From positions 5,611-69,610 of the forward strand of contig CAZNIA010000001.1 in assembly GCA_964572995.1 (NCBI GenBank): a DNA stretch of 64,000 nucleotides, given 5' to 3'. A program made the position numbers and the translations under genes. Positions 1-9,400 of the stretch are shown here, one piece after another (the stretch's first letter is position 1; each line of letters begins with the position of its first letter). The notes under the pieces were generated by a model. It was not told the origin of the DNA and did not search any database. It saw only the letters and a list, made by a program, of their open reading frames with translations. Origin of the DNA: Candidatus Woesearchaeota archaeon. Its GTDB lineage: Archaea; Nanobdellota; Nanobdellia; Pacearchaeales; GW2011-AR1.

Positions 1-260
1 TCTGCATTATCTGCCAACATTATTGTACCTGTAACATTACCAAAGTAACCTTGCCAGGATTGTGTTATAGAATAACCTGAAATTTCAAGTTCAGTTACAT
101 TTCCTGCAATTGCAGTAGTGTTTCCTGCAATATCTGGATTTGCTCTTGTAGAACTTAAATTCACTACATTTGCACCAAATGGTTCAACTGCTGAGACAAA
201 TGCAAATAAAAAGACACTTAAAACGGTTGTTAATAATAACAATCTATTAAGTTTATTCAT
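1..260 (-). CDS. secreted protein, N-terminal fragment (gene continues beyond window start); paralog of 15206..15916 and 16698..17486
   Basis: Reverse-complement from the ATG at 258-260 translates to MNKLNRLLLLTTVLSVFLFAFVSAVEPFGANVVNLSSTRANPDIAGNTTAIAGNVTELEISGYSITQSWQGYFGNVTG..., which aligns with the N-terminus of the 262-aa protein at 16698..17486 (signal peptide plus a TQSWQGYFGNVTG motif). Confidence 0.6.
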   Translation of the reverse strand, partial: MNKLNRLLLLTTVLSVFLFAFVSAVEPFGANVVNLSSTRANPDIAGNTTAIAGNVTELEISGYSITQSWQGYFGNVTGTIMLADNA

Positions 261-418
261 CTCTTTTTTTACCCTCCTTTCAATTTTATAAAACTTTTAA
301 AGTTTATATAAGCAAATATCGTTTTGAATTTATAAATGTTTCCAAATTAGTAACTATTATTAAATTTATATTAATTTAAGTCTAATCTTAATTTAAATTA
401 AATATAAAGAGGGAAAAA

Positions 419-3400
419 TTAAAATATTTCAACGTAAAACGCTGCAGTTTTTGTGTCTTCTGAGTTATATTCTCTTAATCTTGCTGGAACTCTCAGTTCA
501 TAATCATAAGTACCATAAGTACCTGTGCTCTGTTTATTTATTGGAGAAATAAAAACTAAATCTTCCTTGTCAGCTAAATCAAATTCTCCAGAACTTCCAT
601 TTGTATCATCTGAAAAATCCCAAAGTATTCCTGTTACAAAATTAGAATTATTTGTTGAATTTATTATTGGAACTTGTTGTAAAAGATGGTTAAATGAATA
701 AATATTCTGAACATATTTAGGAACTCCTGAGTTTGTATAAACAGAATAAACTGAATCTTCAAAAGAATTTGTATCTAATGCTAAATCTATTTCCAAGAAA
801 TCAGAATTGCTATCTAAATTTAATTTATTTTTTCCTATTGCTTGCAAACTTGTCCAAGAAACATAAGAATCATAATCAGCAACATAAATATTTCCTTGAT
901 TGAAATTCTGCGTGCTCCAATTAATCAATTTGGTTGAATTGCTGTTTGCTAAAACAAGATTACTTGAGGTTAAAACATCTCCATAAAAGAAATGCCATGA
1001 ACCTACACTAATCATTTTAGACGCTTTGTTGTTGGATTCATTTAATTCTATATGTGTTCCGTTTGTAGCCAAAGGAGGATCAACTAAAACAAAAATCTCT
1101 GAAGAGCCTATTTGAGAGAACCAAGTTTGAGTTAAGTTAACTTGTCCAAATTTAGAGATGTTTGTAAATATATCTGAGCCTATCTTATACCCTCCTGAAT
1201 CAGGATCTCCGTTATAAAAACTAACTGTTACATTGGTTATATCTGCTCCTGCAAGATTTCTTATTGTTGCTATTATCTCTATTGTTTGATTCTCTCTTGG
1301 AGAAGTTTCATTTAAAAATATTTCTGAACTGTTCACTGAAAAATCTGGATAAGTTAAATTAAATTTCCTTAGTTCGCTTGTGTTTGTATTTCCTAACTGA
1401 TCCCAACAAGTTAAATTCCAAGAGTGTTCTCCTTGTCCTAAGACTGAAGTTAAAACATATTCTCTCTTTGAAGTTGCATTTGTAACCCAAACATTTGGTC
1501 TTCTAACTATTCCATCTATTGTTAAATTACATTGAAGGGTGTTATCTAAAACATCTATTGCTGTCCAATTAAAATAAACTCTGTCAAGATTATAATCTAT
1601 CCCAGAATTATTTTCAGGAGAATTTAAAAAAATAGATGGAGGGGAAACATCTCTGTAGAATATTCTTTCTGTTGACCAATTCCAATTATCATCTGAATCA
1701 CTGCAGTTTACTGTCCAGTTATGCATACCTTCGGGAATTCCGGTTACACTGAAATTATTAAGAATATTTTCTGGTACAGAAGAGTTTGTTGAATTTAATA
1801 CCCCATCAATATATAAACTGCAACTTTTTATATCTATTAAATCGTAAGGGATATATGAAAAATTAATCCAAGAACTTGTTGTCCTGAAATTTTCTATTGG
1901 ATTGATTAACTCTATTTGGGGAGGAGCTTCAACTGTAAAATTAATGATCTCACTGTAATTTGAATTGGATGCGTTGTCTGAGCAGTCTATTTTCCAAAAA
2001 TGATTTCCATCACTTAATATGGAATATCTTAAGATATTTGAATTGTTCTGATAAACATGTGATGATTCTAATTCTCCATCTAATGTGAAATTACAAAGAA
2101 GATGTTCTGCGAGATTATCCCAAGATGAAAAATTAAAAGTGACATTGTTGGAAGTTATTACTTGTGATTCATAAGGAGAATTTAATCTGATATTAGGAGA
2201 TTGTAAATCAACATAAAATCTTCTTTCAGAATCTATCCCTGTTAAACCTGTAGGATCTGTTACATTTATATTCCAGAAATAAGAACCATCTGAAAATCCG
2301 TTAATTGAGAAAGTATTGTAAGCTTGATTTATTATTTGAGAAGAATTACTTCTATTGTATATTCCGTTTATATAAAGTGAGGCATTTACTATCCCTCCGT
2401 CATCTTCTGGAAGATAAGTTAATTCAAAAGAGCTTGTGTTAAACCAAGTATTGTTTTCAGGAGAAATCAATGTTACTTTGGGTATTGTATATCTTGTAAA
2501 ATTGAATGTTTGACTTGCATTTATATTTCCTGAACCATCCCAACAAGTTAAATTCCAAACATTATAACCGTCTGCTATCCCTGAAATTGTTCTACTTGTA
2601 ATTGAACCATTGTATACTGTAAAATTAATGTCTCTTACAGGAGAATTTACAGTTAGATTACAAGAAAGATTTGAATCAATATAATCTGTAACAGTGAAAT
2701 TAAATGTTATATTTGAAGCATAGATATCATCTCCTTTAGGATAAAGAATATTTATTTGAGGTGGAGTCCTATCTGCGTAGAATGTTCTTGTCTCAGACTG
2801 ATTGATTAAACCAATGTAATCTCCGCAACGTACATACCAAGTATAAATCCCCTCAGGATGATTATTAAGGTAAAAGTAATTTTGTTGATTGTTTAATATC
2901 GGAGTTGAATTGGATTGATTAAGAGCCCCATTTATATAAAGGCTACAAGAACTTAAATTAGTGTTATCTGAAGGAGTGTAAGTTAAAGAGATTAAAGAAG
3001 AATTAAATTTAGAGTTGTTTGGTGTGTTGAGAACTACCTGAGGATATTCTGTTATATTAACTGACCAAGTTGAACTAATATTTGAATGAAGAGCATCATC
3101 TATACAAGTAACATTCCAGAATTTAACTCCATCTGTGAGATTATAAATTAATCTTGAAGAAACTTCTCCGGAATTTGAACTAAATTCATCAACTATTAAT
3201 CCATTAATAGTTAAATTACAATTTAAAGAAGAATCAAAACTATCATTAACTGTGAAATTGAAATAAACATCTGAATTCAAAGAGGTTCCAGAATTTGAAG
3301 GAGCATGGAGAGTTATAGATGGTTTGTACAAATCCATACTGAAATTTCTAGGAGAAGGCTTATAAGGGCTTGAACTTAAATCAAAACACTCAACAGTCCA

Positions 3401-6400
3401 GTTGTAATATCCTTCTAAAAATCCTTCAACATCGAAAGCATTATTTTGATAATTCATTATTGGTGAAGAATTTGTTTGATTGAAAACATTATCTATGTAC
3501 AAACTACAATTCAATAATCCTGAATTATCTGTAACATTGTAGATAAAAGAAATTACCCCGTCATTATCCAAATAATTTGGAGATGGAGAAACCAAGGTGA
3601 TATTTGGAGGAGTGTCTGAAATATTGAAGCTAAATGTTGAACTTGTAAAGTTTCTGAAAGCATTATCAGTACATGTTGCATTCCAATAATGTATTCCTCC
3701 TGTTAAAATTCCTGAAGAAACATTTGTGATAGCGTGACTTGTTGCCCATACTGAAGAAGGTAAAAATTCTCCATCAAGCATAATCTGACAGCTTAAATTT
3801 GTATCCATATTATCTGTTGCATTGAAACTTAAATTTAATTCATTGACTTCAAAAGAATCTCCTTCTCCAGGATAAATCAATGAGACATTTGGATTAATTA
3901 AATCAATATAAAATCTTCTTTGAGCAGTAGTATTTCTGTATCCTGCCTTGTCTGTTACATTGACTGTCCAATTGTATTCTCCGCTTGTGAAATTTATTGT
4001 GAAATTGTTGTAAGCATTGTTTATTATAGGAGTGGAATTTGTAAGATTAATTGCTCCATTGATAATTAATTCTGAAAGAGTTATGCCATTATTTAAATCA
4101 GAAACATTGTATGTTAAATTTAATTCTCCTTGTGAAAACCATTGATTATCTGAAGGAGATATTAAAAAAACACTTGGAGGAATACCTGTTTGGACATAAA
4201 ATTGTGTTTGATTTTCAATTAGAATTGTTTTAATACTAGTATTAATTGTAATATTATAATTACCGAATTCTGAAGGAGGAGTGAAATTGTATTTATAATT
4301 TCCATTTGAATCTGTTGTAAGGGCAGTGTAATTAAAAGTTAAATCTTTTAATACAGGAGATAAAGAAGGGGTTGTTGAAGTTAGTTCGACTTTATACTGA
4401 AGATATCTGCTGTAAATATTTGAATCATTTATTAAACCTCCATTTGAAACTTCTTTCCAAGATGTCCAAATTAATTTATCATTGGATGTTCTTATGTAAA
4501 CTTTAGCATTAGTACATTCACTTGATTGATATGCTACAGTTAATAGAGGTCTCTCTGAAGTTGTTGAATATTCACTGCTTCTGATATTTATTCCATTGCT
4601 TGTAGGCATGTTGAATATCCATCCATAATTTTCAGTTCCAGAAGCCCAACTCTTTAAAGAATTAGTTACATTTATTGTATATCCTCCAATTGAAGAAGCT
4701 GTAAAAGAATCATCCGCAGTTGTAGAACGTGAAGGACTTCCCGCACACCCTGTAGAACTCCAAGAAGTTCCAGTTAACCTGTTGTTATATGTTACTTCAT
4801 TCTCTGTCCAATTTTCTAGAATCTGATATACACTTACTTGATCTCCTGTATCTGAAACATAAAAAGTCAAATTAGCATTGTTTATAGTAGAGTTTTCAGG
4901 TATTTGATTGAATCCTTTTCCAATAATATCTTTAAATAGAATTAATCCTCTATCTGATGTTGGAGAACCATCTATTATTATTGAAGAGCCTGAACCATAA
5001 TTAATATTTGGGAACCCGCTACTAATATAACTGTCTTCTCCTCCATAATATAAATTAGAATCTCCGTATTGATAAGAGGAAACTCCTGAACAAGAAGCAC
5101 CTTGAAAGCTCCAAGACAAATTATTCCAGTAAACCATTGCACCTGCATCTAAAATCTTTGTGAAATTACCGTATGTCTCTCCATCAGATAATGTAAGATT
5201 TTGATTGTTTTCTATTTCGATGTTGTAAAATGTTCCTTGGGAGAATTCACTATTAGAAGTTTCCAAGAACTCTTTATAAAAATCATAAGTTCCTTCAGGA
5301 GTTAAATTTTGTAAAAATAATAGTTTTCCATTTAACCATAAATTAATTGGATAATTTGAAAGATTAGTTGAATTAGATAAATTAATATGTCCGAAAACTG
5401 AGATATTTACGGGAGATTCTATATAAAATTGACTAAGATTAATTGATGCGTTTCCTCCTAAAACAGTGAAATTAGAAGAGTAATTTATCTGAGAGCCTAA
5501 TGTATCATTTGCATAAATTGTGTAATTATAAAAGCCCCCCCAAGTTTGATTTGTTGGGATATCTGCTTTCCATAAAAAATTACCCAGATTAGTAAAGAAC
5601 ACTTTTACTTTTTCAATTCCTCCTACAACTGATTGCCAAACAACAACCCAAACATAATTGGTATTTACATCAGAGACATTAACAAAGAGTGTTAAATCTT
5701 CTCCCCTATTCAACCAATTAGTATTATTGATTATTCTGTTGTCTTCTCCTGTTTGATTAATAAAAGTTATTTCTGGTGCAGATAAATCATAATAAAATAC
5801 TCTTGTTTCGCTCCATGAAGAATTTCCGATTAAATCTGTTGCACGAACTCTCCAGTAATAAGTTCCTTCTTGAGTGATTCCTGTTGGTAAAATCCAAGTT
5901 GGAGAAGAAGTTTCAGGGATACTATAATTTGCAAAGACTATTGAAGAAAAATCTGAAACATTACTTACTTGGATTATATAATAAATTGAATCTCCATTCT
6001 GATCTGTTGAATTTGTCCAATTTAATCTGGGTATTGTTGCATAAGCTGTTGAATTAAGTGGACGATAAAGCTGAGGTACAGAAGGAGGTACTTGACTAGC
6101 AATAGTTATGTTTATTGTTTGAGAATTTGAGCTTGTATTATAATATGTCTGATAATTTAGATTATTTGAAGTTACAAAAAACTCCCATACTGAATTTAAT
6201 TCTCCTGTTGCATTAACATTCCAATTTACATCACAGGAACCTCCTGAAGATTTCATGTTGCTTAAACAACTAAATGTGGAAGAATCAAGAGGATTAGGAG
6301 TAGTAGTATAAAATGGAGTTGCTCCTATGACTGTTGAAATAACTCCTTTTGTTTTTTCTTCTTTAATTCCAAATGAAACAAGATTATTTTGATTGTTTAC

Positions 6401-9400
6401 TATTTGATAGGACTGATTTATCCAAGCTGCACTCCTTGTAGTATTGGAAATACGAACTTCATCCATTGAACCATTGAAAAATCCTCCTGTGGCATCAACT
6501 ACTCCCTCTCCTATTTTAACTGAATAGGTGGAGGTTCCATAATTAGATGTACTTGAACCTCCTGAAACTGCTTGAACTCCGTCAAAGTAGAGTAAAAGAT
6601 TTGAACCTGTTCCAACTGCAGTGATGTGGTGCCAAGCATCTAAACTATAAGGATAAGCAACAGATGTACTTCCTCCTCCATCTGTCCAAATCATTACTGT
6701 ATTTGAACCGTCAAGAAAAAATTCAACTACATCATTCTGTCCTATTAAGCTAACTCTTGACCCCCAAACACGGGGTTTAATCCATCCTTCAATTGTAAAC
6801 GAGCCTAAGTTGCTCAAAAAATTTGCTGTTGAATTAAGCGCATCATTATTCCCATCTAATAAATCTGCTCCATCTATTTTACCTGAAGTTTTTTCATCAT
6901 TATCATATCCACTTGAGGTGAAGTTTCTTCTGTACTTGCTATCATATCTTGTTCCAGTTCCTGATTCCTCTAAATGCTGAACAGTTAAATAGTTGTTATC
7001 CCAGACGCTAATTGGATTTTGGCCTGAAGAAACATATGGATTATTATAATACATACAAATTTGATTTGTTCCTGGAACAAAAGAAGGAATATTTATCCAA
7101 ATATCTGCTTTAGAAGAAGTGTAATTTTCAACTTCATAACTTAAAGATAAATAAGTTCCTGTTGAACCACAAGAACCATTGATAAATCTTATATCATCGA
7201 AATCATTCTGCATTTCATATTCTTTTGATAAGTTAAGATAAATAGGAAAATTAGATAATAAAGTAGATCCGGAGTTGGTTATGTTTATTGTCTTTCTATA
7301 ATTCCAAGATTCGTTCCACCAATTAGGAGGATCTAAAGTAACATTAGCATTACCACATTCTCCATTTATGCAGTTTATCCTTGAGCTAAATGTGAAAAAA
7401 GAATTTTTCATTACACTTGTATCTGAATTTGGATTGAGTAGATCAATTGAAAATGAGCCCCAAGGAACTTCCCAAGTAGAGGAATTTGTTCTTGAAAGAG
7501 ACTCGCTATCATAACAGGTAGCCATTATCTGAAATTGACCAGAATCATTTACAATCAAGTCTGGATTATCTAATGTCCAATAACCATCTGAATCATCTTC
7601 AAAAGTAAAATTATTGAAGAAAGTATAAGAGTCTGGAATATTTGTTAAATTAATGGAAGCGTTGGTTACTCCTCCTTCGGGATCAGTACAAAGAACTCTA
7701 ACTCTTGTTATTGTATCTCCAAAAGCAATTGAACTGCAATTATACCAAATTCCATTCTTTTCACAATTTATTTGTCTTGGACTAGGTGGATTATTAGAAA
7801 CACTTACATTCAAAAATCTAGTCTCTGAATTTCCAGCTCTTCCTGCAGAATCAGTACAATTTACTTTCCAAGTATAAAATGAATTTGCCAGAACAAATGA
7901 AAAAGTTAAATTTACATTTTTATTTAAATTTGAAGCAGTATCTGCTATAGAGTTGTTGATTACAAGATTACAACTTTGTATTTCAGATAAGTCGGAAACA
8001 TTAAAAATAAAGTCAATTGTATTTGAATAAGTTATTGTAGTTGAATTTGAAGGAGAAATTAAACTAACTACAGGAGGAGAGGAGTCATAATAAAATACTC
8101 TTTCTTCACTCCAAGAAGAATTTGATTTTAAGTCTGTTGCTAAAACTCTCCAATAATATTTTCCTTCTTGAGTTATTCCTGTAGGAGTCACTCCTGTTAT
8201 TATTGATTGCTCGGGTATGCTGTAATTTGCAAAAACTATTGAAGAAAAATCAGAAGAATTACTTATTTGAATAGCATAATAAACTTTATCTCCTGTTGGA
8301 TCTTGAGAATTACTCCAATTAAATTCTCCTATTGAAGTTAATGCGCTGTTATTTGCAGGGAAGTTTAATTCTGGTATTTCTGGAGGAAGATTTCCAATTG
8401 TTATATTAATTGAAGAAGAAACATCACTTGAATTGAAATAATTCAAATAATTTGTATTGTTTGCATAAACAAAAAATTCCCAAACTGAACCGACTCTTCC
8501 TGTTGCATTTACTTGCCAAGTAATATTACAAGTTGTTCCTCCTTTCATATTTGCTAAGCAACTTGTACCCAAGTAATCCATAGGGTTTCTGGATATTGTA
8601 TAAAAAGGAGTATCTCCGATAATTGTTGAAATTAATCCTTTTGAAGGTTTTTCTGGGTCTCCTAAAGAATAAGTGGGCTCAACATCAATTAATTTTCTTA
8701 ACCATACATCATCGAATTCAGAAACATCCCAAGAGTGAAGAAGCATTCCTCCTGAAGAAGTTGCTGTGCTCGTTACATTAAATATTACTCCTCCATCTTT
8801 ATATGCAACTATTCTACTTCCAAAAGTATTTATTTCTAATTCATAAGGAACTCCGGCCATTGTTGAAATTGTAGTTGAACCAAGATTAGCAGTGTTGTGG
8901 TTTCCTGTTGTTAATTCCAATTGCCCATTTTGATAACCAAAAGTGTATCCTGATGTAGGGGAGAGAGCAGAACGTATTGAAACTTTTAAATCTGCATCAT
9001 CTACAACTTGATTTGCTAATACTCTTAAAGAATGATTATTTGTAGAAGTTGTTCTTGTTAAATCACTATCACCATTCATAGTATTTCTTACCCATCCATT
9101 AATTATTTCCCATGTACCTGTTGTTTCTGTCCAACCATTTCCTACTGTCCCGCTATTTGCTCTGTTGAAATTATCAAAAAAGTCAAATACTCTGCTTCCA
9201 TTATTTGGAGGGCTAGAAGCTTCAGAATTAGTGTAATACATATAATAATTATCATCATATCCTCCAGCAGGAATATTAGATTGTATTCTAAACCAGATAT
9301 TTGTTGAATCAATATTGAAAAATGTGTCGTTGAATCTGTCTAATTCTATGTTATGAGAACCGTTCCAATGCACGATTCTTAAATCATCTCCATCATCTTG

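Noticed and set aside
7653-7877. 74-aa plus-strand ORF inside giant gene 1
   Set aside because: It lies entirely antisense to a 3944-aa ORF with clear domain content and has no start context, so it is a spurious antisense frame. The same reasoning applies to 27987..28205, 32211..32420, 35453..35671 and 36120..36356 inside giant gene 2
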